Source of the DNA: Heterodontus francisci
Lineage: Eukaryota
Reading direction: 5' to 3'
DNA length: 64,000 bases
Assembly (NCBI RefSeq): GCF_036365525.1
Contig: NC_090385.1
Span: 18,705,803 to 18,769,802, forward strand
A program made the position numbers and the translations under genes. Position 1 is the first letter of the stretch; each line of letters opens with the position of its first letter. A model generated the notes under the pieces. The model did no database searches. It was given only the letters and a program-made list of their open reading frames with translations, and was not told the DNA's origin. Positions 10,932 to 23,560 of the stretch are shown one piece after another.

Positions 10932-13049
10932 CAGCATCTAGACTTTCATTTCAAAATGAATTAATGGTGGCATGACAGTATAGAATAAAAAATATCTCAA
11001 TTTCAAAATCTGTATGCAGCCTTATGAATACACAATTAAACCTCAGACCTCAGTTCTCCAACTCCTGATATATATTTATAGCTTAGATGATTCACACGAG
11101 CAATGGAAAGCTCTGTGCTGGGAAGATGTATGTGTAAGATGAACCCCAGTGAGTATAATAAAAGCAAAATACTGCGGATGCTGGAAATCTGAGTATATGT
11201 ATGTGGAAGATATATTCATGAGAACTAACTGTAAAGCGCCAGGTTTAATCCTTATTCAGTCCTTCGATTCCCACCATGAAAAGTTGGTATACTCGGTATA
11301 CCGCAGAATATCATCCTCTAGAAAGAAAGTATTTGCATTGATACAGTGCATTTTATGACCTCAGGATGCTCCAAAGCGCTTTAGAGCCAATTAATTATTT
11401 TTTGTTATCACTATTGTAACATAGGAACGACAGCTCCACAGTGAGCCATCCATAATCTTAACCAAACCAGCTCAGAGCTGAATATATTCCAGCTCCTATG
11501 TCAACAAAACCAAACTGTAGATGAAATTGCACTGCAACATTCAGACCGCTGAAACCAACAGTGACAGTACATTATCATGTCATCTGTTTGAATCACTGCC
11601 TGACTACTTCACTAACATGCAGAATGGACTGAAACCCTGCCATATGGGATTCCAGCGCATCAAGTCTCCATCAGGGATTTTTTGTTGTTGTTGTTGCAAA
11701 TTTCGAGTGTGGCTGCATCTCCATTGCATGTTGGCCGTTGAATCAAAATTCTGGACCCGGCGCGTTGCCAGGGAGCTGAGATTTCAGCATATGTACCACT
11801 CACTTGTTCGCTGGAGAGCTGATCTCACCGGAAATCCTGAGATCGGTTTATGAGAATAAACTGTTCACGAGGTACAGCAGAAAGGCTGCAAAAAGAGAAA
11901 AGAAAGAGGCAGACTAGCAGCAGCGGAGAGCAAGTGGAAACTCAGCCTGTGAAAGGAGTGTTCGGGTTTTCACGTTAAGTTCCTACCAAAGTGGGCAAGA
12001 ATACATGTGTTCTTTATTTTTGTAACAGTACAATGAACAGATGTTGAACTGATGGCATCAAGGGGCATGCTGAGCTCGATGTGCTCAGTGTTCTTTATAT
12101 TTTGTCTGTCATTGAACAAAGCATTCGACAAACCAAACCAAAGGATAACCCAACTAGTGTGAACTCAGTCCGCCTTCAGAGTGATTAAAAGAGTACACAA
12201 GCCTAAGACATGGATCTAGATCACACAGATGCAGGGCAGTGGGAATCAAATTCCATTGAAAAAAAGGAAATTAAACTAAGGGTCCGACCGACACCACTGA
12301 AGTGAGTAGAGCAACCTTTAGCAAATCCAAATTCATAACATTAGTTTGGAAGCAAAAATATCGACGTGAAATTGGCAGTACAACAGCATTGTAAATCAGT
12401 TATTGGAAACAGCATTCTGAGTTACCTTCATTTTGCAACAGCAATAAATTTGGATCAAGAACGTGACCATTTCTGTACTTATAGCCCAGCAATAAACAAG
12501 CATCGTGCAGACTGCTTAAATATTAAATAATGAATTGATAATAGTCATGGTCATTATTTTCTTTTTTTTCTCTTTTACAATTTTCTCTTCTGCTATCCTG
12601 AAAGCATTCCTTGCTGATCCCACCCTGCATTAAATTTCCCAACTGCCTATTTTTCAGGTATGAGCAAATGTTAACAGGGTATTTGACCTTGGGTACATTA
12701 CAGGCAACCCAAAACTGCCCTCATCTAATGTACACCTAGATGGCCTTTCAGCAGGGATTGCTCAGGAGTGAGAACCCTGTCTGATTTTTCACCACTGCCA
12801 CTCTGGCTGAGATCCGCTTACGCGGCACTAATTGAACCTGGGTCTGTGTGGCTCAGCCGCTCAATGGGTTGCTGACCAATGGGAGTAGCCCACAGTCATA
12901 TTGATGTGCATTATTGCTTTTCTTGTCCTCACTAGCTGAACTCCCAAAGCCTCTTCACACAGAAAAAGGAGAAAAATGGCTTGGAGTACTCAACCCTTCC
13001 CTTCTGATAAATCAAAAAGGAATCATTTAAAATTACTTCCAGTTGAGGA

Positions 13050-13230
13050 ATAAGGTCAGGTGGATGTTAAAGATCTCATGGCACTGTTTGAAAAATAGGA
13101 AGTTGTCATGGTGTCATCTCTTAACCAACACAACCAAAACAATTTAACTGGACAGTCAGCTCATTGCTGTTTATGGGCAAATTACTTGTCACATTAAATC
13201 TGCACAACAGTGACTACACTATAGCAAAAC
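13050..13230 (+). mobile_element. Degenerate Deu-SINE fragment
   Basis: caggtggatgttaaagatctcatggcactgttt...cattgctgttt...acaacagtgactacac matches 42380-42560. Confidence 0.6.
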
Positions 13231-13339
13231 ATTTTACAGGCACATCAATAAAAATGGAAGGTTGGGATGGGAATAGGGATAAATAGGGTAATACCGCAGG
13301 TAATGATAGAGAGATGGCAGAAATATTAAATAAATATCC

Positions 13340-13951
13340 TCTACACGCTGCCCTTGAGGTGGCTGTGGTGGGGAAGAGACCGTCGTCCACCTCCTTCTGG
13401 AATGGTTTGGAAAGAGATGCAGTGCTTTTTGTCGAGGTTCATCCCGAGCAGCTCTGTAACACAGGACTTTGTGCTCTAAGGGCTGTTCCCATGGACGCAC
13501 ACCAAGATAAACATCAACTGTTGCTGGAGCCAGCCTTCGTCTGCCTGAAACTTGCTGGTCTTCCAGTGCAAAGAGTTGTCCACGACCAAGTGTTGCAGAC
13601 TGGCACATTCCAAGGTCCAGGACTATGTGCTGAGCGATGCACAAAATCTTGGGGCAGCTGCTGCAAAGGCTCAATGGGGAAAGGCCATTGTGCAAGGTCC
13701 TCCCGCCATAGTGAACCAAGGGGCTGGAACCCATGTAAAACCCCTTGGGCTGTGTGCACAAACAATGCTTTTGCTTTGCAATGCAAATGTACATTGTATA
13801 TAAAATGGAATGGCAAGAGTTGTGAAGCATCTCATGTTCTGTATTGAAGGAATCTGATCTCTATTGCACTTTACAAAATGTCAACTTTGAACTGTTTTGT
13901 TATGTCTTTTTTGCACATTTTTATGAATAAAGTATATTTTTGCAAAAAAAA
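13340..13951 (+). mobile_element. Tx1/L1-clade LINE 3' fragment
   Basis: Decayed CP*GGCGGEETVVHLLLE zinc knuckle and CCRLAHSKVQDYVL...AQWGK terminus, then AATAAA and poly(A). Confidence 0.72.
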
Positions 13952-13989
13952 TTAAATTATTATTTTGCTTCGGTATTTACCAGGGAGAT

Positions 13990-15240
13990 AGAACAGGTAG
14001 ACATGACACTGAATGATGAGATGAGTAATGAGATAAGTGCATTTAAAATAAAAAGGTGATGTATTGAATAAGCTAATCAAACTCAAAAAGGATAAAGCCC
14101 CTGGTCTGGATGGATTGCATCCAAATATTTTAAAAGAATCTAGGGAAGAGATAGCAGAGGCATTACCACACATATTTAATAATTCATTAGAAAAACGTGC
14201 CGTGCCAGAGGACTGGTGGAGAGTTAACATAATTCCTATATTTAAGAAGGGAGACAAAACATGTCCAGGCAATTATAGACCACACTGGTGGTAGGAAAAA
14301 TAATGGAACACCTACTAAAGGAGAGAATAGAAGAACATCTAGAAAAGAAAAAAATATAATAATGAATAGTTAGGATGTGTTTCAAAAGGCAAACTCTTGC
14401 TGACCAACCTTACTGAATTATTTGAGGAAGTAACAGAAAGAGTAGACACTGGTAATGCAGTTGATGTAATTTATCTGTATTTTCCAAAGGCCTTCAATAA
14501 GGTGTCCCATAATAGACTAATGAATAAGGTCAGAGGATGCAAAGTCAGGGAATAAGTGGCAGAATGGATTGCTAGCTGGCTTCAAGACAGAAAGCAGAGA
14601 GCAGGAGTAAAGGGTAGTTATTCAGAGTGGCAGAAGGTGGGAAGTGGTGTTCCACAAAGATCAGTGCTGGGACCACTGCTATTCACAATTTACATTAACT
14701 TTGGAATCAAAAACACAATTCTAAATTTGTGGATGACACCAAATTGGGCCAGTGGGGTGGGGTGGGGTGCGGGTAGTGGTGGTGAAGGGGGGAAGTGGGG
14801 GGGGGGGTGGTTGGGGATAGTCAATACTGAGAAGGACCACAACAAATTATAGGAGGACATTAATAAACTTGTAGAATGGACAAATAATTGGCAAAGGAAG
14901 TTCAACACAGATAATTGTGAGATTGTACATTTTCATTAGAAGAATAGGGAGGTCACTTATGACTTATGTGAGTCTAGGTTGGGTAGAGGAGCAAAGGGAT
15001 CTGAGAGTACAAATACACCAATCACTAAAAGTTGCACCATAGGTTAGCAAGGCCATTAAAAGAGCAAATCAAGCAGTAGGCTTTATTTCTAGAGGGATAG
15101 AATTGAAAAGTAGGGAGGTTCTGCTGAACAACGGAATAGATGGTTACAATGATAGATTTAGATGAAGAAAGATGAGAGGAAGCTTGAGTTGAGGATAAAC
15201 TGGTTGGGCCCTTTGGCCTGTTTCTGTGCTGTATATCCTA
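13990..15240 (+). mobile_element. CR1 LINE ORF2 fragment to 3' end, decayed
   Basis: KAPGLDGLHP, PGNYRP and SGVPQRSVLGPLLF motifs; a G-rich expansion at 14750-14820. Confidence 0.88.
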
Positions 15241-15389
15241 CATATAATCCTATTTACACGTCAAAAGTAATTAACACTTTTCAGACACCCTGAGGTGTCT
15301 ACTTAAAGAGACTACTTAAATGCAAGTTCCTTTATTGGCTTGGAATTTATGATGAGAATAATGGTGAGCCGAGCAGCACTCATTGTTAT

Positions 15390-16022
15390 AATGAGGAAAT
15401 CCAGAAGTTTCTGTCAGATATATCTTCCTCCTCCACAGAAGGTGCTGTTGGAGTCCTGGTCCATAGACTTGGCACTGAAATTAATGCAATGGTGCAATCT
15501 TGCTGTGCTTGCACTAAAAACGGCTGAAAAAAATGAGGGCTGGCGCATTCAGGAGTAGCTGAGTTTTTAGCAGAGTGATAAATTGATATTTACTGCTAAA
15601 CAACCTCACCGGTTCTGAAAAATTAATTTTACAAATATGGTGTCTCATTTCCGCAGAAGAAAACTGTGTTGGAGATTTAAGATTTTTAAAAACTTTTTCG
15701 GTCTGTCTCTTTTATCTCTCTCTCTTAATCCCATCTTTGTTTCTCAATCTTTGTTTTGTTTTCTGTACATTATTTAAATTGAGTTTATATTTCCTGCTTT
15801 ATACTTCCTGGTTTGGACTCTGCATGTTTCAGTGAAGATACGTCAATCTGATTGGTTGATAAGCCTCGCTGTTGCTTGCTCTGTTCACAGACACAGACAC
15901 CCTATCCCGGGTGCTGAATTACAGGAAATCTCCACTGACAATGCTGCAAAAAGTCTATGGGAAGTTGTCAGTGAGGTGAACAGCGTGCAGCGCTGCTTCG
16001 TTACAGAGCAAAATCCAGGCCA
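15390..16022 (+). repeat. Old non-coding interspersed repeat (MITE-like), related to 37765-38468
   Basis: Several collinear similar blocks between the two loci (actgct..aacctca..ctgaaaaa.taattt; ttcctggtttg; gaggt..acagc...cttcg). Confidence 0.5.
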
Positions 16023-16139
16023 TTCTTTCTTCCAATTTCAAAAAAATAAAATTTGTGGCCTCAAACCCACAAGGACATGGGAATGGCAGTAAAATTGTAA
16101 ATAAATTAAAATAATATCTTTCTGGTATCACTAGAATCC

Positions 16140-16410
16140 AATAGGGATTTTGGGAGGAACTTATTTATGTGCAGAGTGGTTAGAATGCGGCACTTGCTAC
16201 CAGAAGGATTAGTTGAGGCAAATAGCATAGATGCATTTAAGGGGAAGCTAGATAAACACATGAGAAAGGAATAGATGTGCTGATGGGGGGAGATGAAAAA
16301 ACATGGAGAGGGATGGGAGGAGGCTCATGTGGAGCATAAACACTGGGATAGACCAGTTAGGCTGAATGGCTTATTTCTGTGCTGTATATTCTACGTAATT
16401 CTATGTAATA
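16140..16410 (+). mobile_element. CR1 3' end fragment
   Basis: Similar to 31445-31700. Confidence 0.7.
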
Positions 16411-17179
16411 CAATGCTGAGCAAGAACGAAATATGTCAGAAACAGATTGGTACACTGCTTACTTCAGTTTTTTGTTCCATTTGGGAGAACTGGTAAATAT
16501 TTAAACGAGAATAAACAATGACTTTGAGGCTGCTTTGCGATGTAATCCATGGTAGTACAATTGTTATTTCTTCTGGTTAATTGATCCTGAACCAATCACA
16601 GTGCTCAAAGAAAACAGCCATTATTCAGGGGTGAATATGGGTATGTCTAGTTGTCCATTGCAGAATACAATTACATCTATGAGTGGATCTCCCATGGCAT
16701 TGCTCGCTGATAATGTAGGACTAGGACAAGGACAAGGAGTACAGCTTTTGACCATTTACTATGGTCCTGCTGCAGCCTAAATGTGATAAGGGTTTGCCCA
16801 TTGAACACAACAAACTTACTGAAAGAATTTTTGACATAAAAGGCTCAAGATAAAATATCACCTACCTAAACGATACTGAAACATACAGGCCTTGCAGAGA
16901 TATTTATGGTATAATTTCCCAGCACTTTACATACTTAAGATGCAAGCAAATTTGTTTTTCCCTCCTGTAGGCTTAATCCCTTTTGTTTTACAACTTTGTC
17001 CCTCGTGGATTTGCAATAATTGCTAAAGACGCAAGTTATTTTATTGTACATTCCTCCCTCCTGAAAATCTTTCCTTTTTCAGATATTTAAAACAATAAAC
17101 AATATATTTTCCCTTACTTTCCACAGTGGATGCACACTTCCTGTTGAAGTCAATGGGTAAACAGGGCTCAGTGCAGGAT

Positions 17180-17920
17180 AGATTTATGGTTCAACAAAGT
17201 TTTGGATGAGTTGAAGATTACAGAAGGTGAAGGATGAGAGGGTAGCCAGGAGAGCTTTGGAATAGTTGTGTCTGGACATGACAAAGGCATGGATGAGGAT
17301 TTCAGTTGCAGATGGACTGAGGAAGAGGTGGGCAATTTTTAGGTTGAGGAAGCCGGTGATCTTCATAATAGAGAGGATATAGGGTCAGATGATTCAACCT
17401 GAGACATTAGTCAGCAAGGGTCGAGAGTACAGGGTTTGTGTGAGGAAGCAAAGCTGAAGGATTTGGTCTTCATTGAGTTCAACTAGAGCAAACCATGACT
17501 CATCCAAGGCTGAATGGTCCAACAAAGCCTCAGTAATAAAATTCTCATCCTTGTTTTCAAATCCTTCCATGGCTTCAGCTCTCCCTATCTCTGTAACCTC
17601 CTCAAGCCCAACAACCCTCAGAGATATCTGTGCTCCTTCAGTTCGGGCCTCTTGCGCATCCTAAATTTTAATCATTTCACCATTGGTGGCTGTGCCTTCA
17701 GCTGCCAAGGCCCCAAGCTCTGGAACTCTGGAATTCCTCTTCAAACCCCTTTTTCCTCCTTTAAGACGCTCCTTAAAACCTACGTCTTTGACCAAACATT
17801 TGATCATCAGCCTAATATCTCATGTGGCTCAGTGTCAAATTTTGTTGGATAATTCTTCTGTGAAATGCCTTGGGCCATTTTACTGTGTGAAAGTGCTATT
17901 TAAATACAATTTATTGTCTC
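17180..17920. mobile_element. Two L2 fragments in opposite orientation (17180-17500 -, 17535-17920 +)
   Basis: ILIHAFVMSR on minus; KILILVFKSFHG...AFSCQGPKLWNS on plus. Confidence 0.75.
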
Positions 17921-18474
17921 TTTACAACATGCTTCTCAATCATTGAGAGAGAATAAGAACATGAATTATATAATACCTTTCACTTCCTTCACAGTCAATG
18001 AATTACTTTCAAAGTCACTGTTGTAACGTAGGCATGAATAGCAAATCTTGGAGCAAATCAATGTGTCTGAGGGAATGCTCGGCCAATTTCAGAAACATCT
18101 CTACCTTGTTCTCCTTTATAAAATGTGGATTAAAAAAAACCCACAAAATTTTCAAAAGGTCCAGGCTGTACCAGGGCTAGACTGCACCCTGCCACCCCAT
18201 GTTTCCCCCACATCTGTTCAGCTGACTGATATGCTGAGTAAAAGCAGGCATACCAGCTCCGATGATCTCCAAGATACAGATGAGAAAACTCTGGCCAGGG
18301 GGTCTCCAGCCGCAGCTACACCTTCCCTCTTAAACCAGTGTCCTTGTTTGGGGCAAATGGAAGCCAGCATGCCAAGGTCCACACCTAATTTGAAATCCTT
18401 TTGCAAAACTCTTGTTGGAAATGTGCTGGAAGCCAGTTTTTAACCCATTAAGATATTGCAAAAGAATTGGACAC

Positions 18475-18720
18475 ATAGGAACATCCATTACATCCAAGTC
18501 ACACACTATCACAGCTTGGACTGATTGTTGTTCCTTCACTGTCAGTGGGGTCAAAATCCTGGAACTCCCTCCCTAACAATACTGTGATTGTATCTTCACC
18601 ACAAGGACTGCAGCAGTTCAGGGCAGTGGTTCACCACCACCTTCTCAAGGGCTACTAGGGAGGGGCAATAAATGCTGGCATTGTTACTGATGACTGCATC
18701 CCAAGAATGAATGAACAAAA
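18475..18720 (+). mobile_element. 3' end of a second CR1-like family
   Basis: Matches 63800-64000. Confidence 0.7.
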
Positions 18721-19889
18721 TACAAAACTAAGTCTCAGACAAAAATACTTTTTATTGTCACAATCACATCTGGCTTTCTCTCTTCCTTTTTTTCAAATTT
18801 AGAACGACCATAGGAATGCTTAAAGTAATTACAAAGCTGAAAAATTAGCCAAGACTTGGTGTGAATAGGGTTGTGCAATAACAGTCTTGTATTGCAAAAC
18901 ACAGGTGCCCAACAGCAGCAACTAATGCAGGAACTAGATATCCAAATGTACAAAACAGAACTGAATTGAACTGTCAAAGAAGTACAAAGTCAAATGCACC
19001 CGTAAAAGCTAAATTCCCAAAGGATAGAGCAGCAAATCCCAACAGTGCCTGATTTATATAGTCAAGCAACACTGAAGGAGTGAGCAGGTGAAATTGATTT
19101 TGGAATTTAGCAAGGGATAAATTTGCGTTGGGCTGTGTTACATTAGGACCTCTAAAGATGCTCAGATACGCTCTTTGAAAAGCCTCCAAAAACTTTTTTT
19201 TCCTTTGTTGATTCTGGAACATTAGAATTCCTGCACTTGGGCCAACTGACTGGATGGGGTGAGGTTTGCTCTCAGCATGCATTACATTACTGAATCAGCC
19301 CTAAAGAATGCAGCTAAAGTGATATAACTATTGGGTGCAGATCAAAGGCAGACTGTTGGAAATAAATTGGCAGAATCAAACAGCATTAACAATGGGCAAG
19401 TTTTCACCTTCAGGTCTGTCACTTCTAAATGGTTTAAGAACTAGATCAATTTTGGCCAAAAGTTAAATGCAAATAGTATTTAAGTCTCTCACCTAAGCTT
19501 CTTTACATAACTATTCATGGCACCAAGTACAAACTAAGATGAGTCTGGGATGACACAAGTGGCAAGGCGAGGTGGGGGGTGGGGGGTGAAATTGCACGCA
19601 AATTAAATTTAAAAAGTCGATGGTGACATTTAAAGGGGAGTACACAATCGGGGAAGAGATACAAATTCAGAAAGTGTTTGAGCACCATGCAAACAAGAGG
19701 TGTGCCACAGTGGAGAGATTTCAGGGAGCCCAAAATTAGTCTCTCCCCAGCATCAACAGAGTGAATGGGGGCTGGTTGCCTGTACAGAAAGTCAATGTAA
19801 AGCATGAAATGATGCAATCATGGCATTTCTGAAGAATTTTCCAGTCTATTTGTTGGTCACAAATTCAAATATTATATTGAAGCCACAAT

Positions 19890-20190
19890 TTACATTTATT
19901 TTGCGCCTTTGAAGTAGAAAAATATCCTAAGGCACTTCACAAGAGTGATTATCAAAATGACACTGAGCCACATAATGAGATATTAGGACAGGCGAACAAA
20001 AATTTGGTTTAAGAGATAGGTTTTAAAGATTGTCTTGAAGGAGGAGAGGTAGAGAGGCTTAAGCAAGGAACTGCAGACCTCAGGCCCAGGCAGATAAAGG
20101 CACGGCTGATAATCGGGGGAGTGATTATAAATTGGGGAAGGGCAAGAGGCCAGAATTGAGGGGATGCAGAGATCTTGGTAGGTTGTAGAG
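19890..20190 (-). mobile_element. L2 3' fragment (target of the RTE insertion)
   Basis: Similar to 9460-9780. Confidence 0.7.
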
Positions 20191-20201
20191 CTACTGACAG
20201 A

Positions 20202-22210
20202 AGACTACTCGAGAAGGCCATACACAGCCTAGCGAACCAGGTAAGGACAGAATCCCAGACGAACTGCTCAAGCACAGAAAGTCCCATCTATTGCCAAACA
20301 TTTGTGACTTTCTCCTTCTCTGCTGAAAGTAGGCTCTGTTCCACAAGAGATGCATAACGCCAAAATCATCATACAATACAAAAACAAAGGCAACAGAGAA
20401 GACAGCAACAACTACAGGAGCATCTCACTCCTTAGCGTCATGCTTAAAAGAATCTTTTTACTTGCAGACCAAGTGTACCCAGAGGAGCAGTGCGGTTTCC
20501 GTGCTAGCAGATCTACTGTGGATATTATCTTCTCCATACACCAGCTACAAGAGGGGAACAGAGTATACCCCTTTACCTTACTTTCATAGATCTCATTAAG
20601 GCATTCAACACCATCAGCAGAGCAGGGCTCTACAAGATTTTGGAAAAAAATTGGCTGTCCACCAAAGCTCCTCATTCTCATCCACTCCTTCGATGACAAC
20701 ATGCACTGCACTGTCCAGTTTGATGGCTCCACTTCCGACAGTTTCGGAGTGAAGAATGGAGTGAAACAGGGTTGTGTCCTAGCCTCTACTCTGTTTGGCA
20801 TCTTCGTCTCTATGCTCCTGCCCTTCGCCTTCCCTGCAGATATGGAATGAGTCTACTTGCACAGTAGATCAGACGGCAAGCTCTACAATCTATGAAGACT
20901 GAAAGCAGAGACAAAAATACATCACATCCTGACCAGAGAACTCCTCTACACTGATGATGCTGCACTAGTTGCTCACACGGAAACTCAGCTACAAAGACTC
21001 ATGGGCTGTCTCTCCCATGGCAGTAACTTGTTCTCCTTGACTATAAGCGTCAAGAAAATTGTGGTCATGGGTTAAGGTGATTGGTAGAAGGATTAGAGCA
21101 GATATGAGGAAAACCTTTTCACCCAGAGGGTGGTGGGTGTCTGGAATTCACTGCCCAGATCACGACCTCCTGCTGGAGGTAGAAACCCACAACTCTTTTA
21201 AAAAGTACCTGGACCTGAAGTGCTGTAAGCTGCAAGACTATGGATCAGGTGCTGGAATGTGGGATTAAATTGGATGGCTAGTTTTTTCAGCTGGCGCAGA
21301 CACAATAGGCTGACTGGCCTCCTTCTGTGCCATAACATTTCTATGGTTCTATGGGAAAAGGTGTTACATCTCTGCCCCTGATCACACCAAATGATACCCC
21401 ACTGGAAGTAGTTAGGAAATTCTGCTACCTTGGGTACATGGTGACAGACAACCTGTCCCTTGATGCAGAGCTCAATACACGCATAGGGAAAGCAGCTACC
21501 ACCTTTGGCCAACTTGCAAAACGTGCATGGGATAACACCAAGCTGACCCTTAGGACCAAGCTGATGGTTTATAAGGCCTGTGTTCTCAGTACCTTGCTGT
21601 ATGGCTGCAAAACATGGGTGACTAACAGCTACCAGAAAAAGAAGTTTAATAATTTCCATCTTCGCTGTATGCGGTGCATTATCGCTATATCCTGGAAGGA
21701 CAAAATCACAAATGCTGCAGTCCTCCCACGTGTGTTGGCACTAATCAAACAGAGGCAGCTTCGGTGGATCGGCCACATCAGCAGGATGGAAGACGGTCAC
21801 ATACCCAAGGTCTTTCTGTCTGGTGAGGTAAATGGGGCCAGATGACCAGTGGGGCGCCCAAAGCTCCGCTTCAAGGATGCTTGCATGCATGACATGAAGG
21901 CCCTAAATGTCGACTATTGCAGCTGTGAGTCACTAGTTGATGAAAGATGGAAATGGTGACACATCCTGTGGACTGGTGTGCACTACGATGACGATCAGTT
22001 GCTACAGCAGCTTGGCAACAGGCACCAACATCAAAAACAGCAACTCACAGCGTCACTTAGCAGCTTCACGTGCAACGCTTGTGGCAGAACCTGCTTGGCA
22101 AGGACTGGCCTTCACAACCATCAACAAAGGTGCACCGAGAAGACACTCCACTTAAATGGATTGTTTTATGTGTGTCCATCATCTTTTGTAGATGGAAGGA
22201 TGCCAACCAG
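20202..22210 (+). mobile_element. Decayed RTE LINE (second family), interrupted by a CR1 3' fragment at ~21070-21350
   Basis: YKNKGNREDSNNYRSISLL, GVKQGCVLA, FCYLG and a C-terminal C2H2 finger FTCNACGRTCLARTGLHNHQQRC. Confidence 0.88.
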
Positions 22211-23141
22211 GGCCCAGGCAGCTGAAGGCACAGCTAATAATTGGGGGACTGATTAAAAATCAGGGACGGGTAAGAGGTCAGAATTGGAGGAATGCAGTAA
22301 TCTTGGAGGATTGTAGAGCTACTGACAGATTAATGTTAAATAAAGTGACTCAATATCAAATTGCCTGTTTGTTCATTTGTGCTTTCTGGGGTTTTCTTTG
22401 TACACTACTACTGCTTTCATTAACATAGCACCTTTAACATAGTAAAATGTCCCAAAACTCTTCACAGGAGCTTAAGGCCTAGACAGCTGAAGGCACGACC
22501 GCTGGAGATGGGCAAAGAAAGTAGACAATGTGCAAAAGGCAAGTTGGAGGAATGCACAGTTCTCAAGAAATTCTAGGATTACAGAAGGTTACAGAATAGG
22601 GATTGGGCAGGGGACGAGGGTGGGGCTGTGGGGGGGGAAGTTCATGGGCAAAGCCATGGAGAGATTTGAACATGAGGGTAAGGTTTTTAAAAATCAAGAC
22701 GTTGGTGAACCAGCAGCCATTGTAGGTGAAGAGATTCAACTCAAGTAACTAACAAAGGTCTTCAAACTAGTCCCAAAATAGCCTCCTCTTTCCCCTTCCT
22801 GATTCACTCCTTTCCCCCTCTTCCAGAAGTAGTAATTGATGCTGGGGTGTCATTCCACAGACACCAGCAGCTTCTGGCTTCACAGCTTAAGTGACCATTG
22901 TTTACAGGTAAATCTAGACAGCTTTAGTGGATTACCTGATGAGAGAAAAGTTAGTTGTGTACAATCTTGTTCTCACCCAACAGTCACACTTTCAATGGTG
23001 GGTATTGGATACCAACTTGGAGCAAGATTGCAACCCTGTTATGTTTGTGGTGTCTGCAACCTTGTTTTCTGTTTTCCTTGCTCTTAGTTCAGTTCTTTAC
23101 TTCCTGATTCTAACAGAACAAATGTCGAACTTATTATTAAT

Positions 23142-23560
23142 GGAGACAGTGGTGCAGTGGTAATGTTACTGGACTAGTAATCTAGAGGACCAAGCTAATA
23201 CCCCAAGGATATGAGTTCAGATCCCACTGTGGGAGCTGGTGGAATTTAAATTCAACTAATTACCGAATTCAATTAATTAAAAAAAAAATCTAGAATTGAA
23301 AGCTAGTCTTAGTAATGGTACCATGAAACTATTTATTGTCACAAAAACCCATCTGGTTCACTAATATCCTTTAGGGAAAGAAATCTGCTGTCCTTACCTG
23401 GTCTGGCCTACATGTGACTCCAGACCCACAGCAAGGCGGTTGACTCTTAACTGCCCTCTGAAATGGCCTAGCAAGCCACTCAGATGTCAAGGGCAATTAG
23501 GGATGGGCAACAAATGCTGGCCTGCCAGTGACACTCACATCCCATGAAGGAATATATTTA
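23142..23560 (+). mobile_element. tRNA-derived SINE with CR1-type tail (third SINE family)
   Basis: A-box-like gtggtgcagtggt, B-box-like gagttcagatccc, and 3' tail gggcaattagggatgggcaacaaatgctggcct shared with 18650-18720 and 63965-64000. Confidence 0.78.

Noticed and set aside
13234-13847. 198-aa and 177-aa ORFs as novel genes
   Set aside because: Off-frame or antisense readings of a decayed Tx1/L1 3' end.
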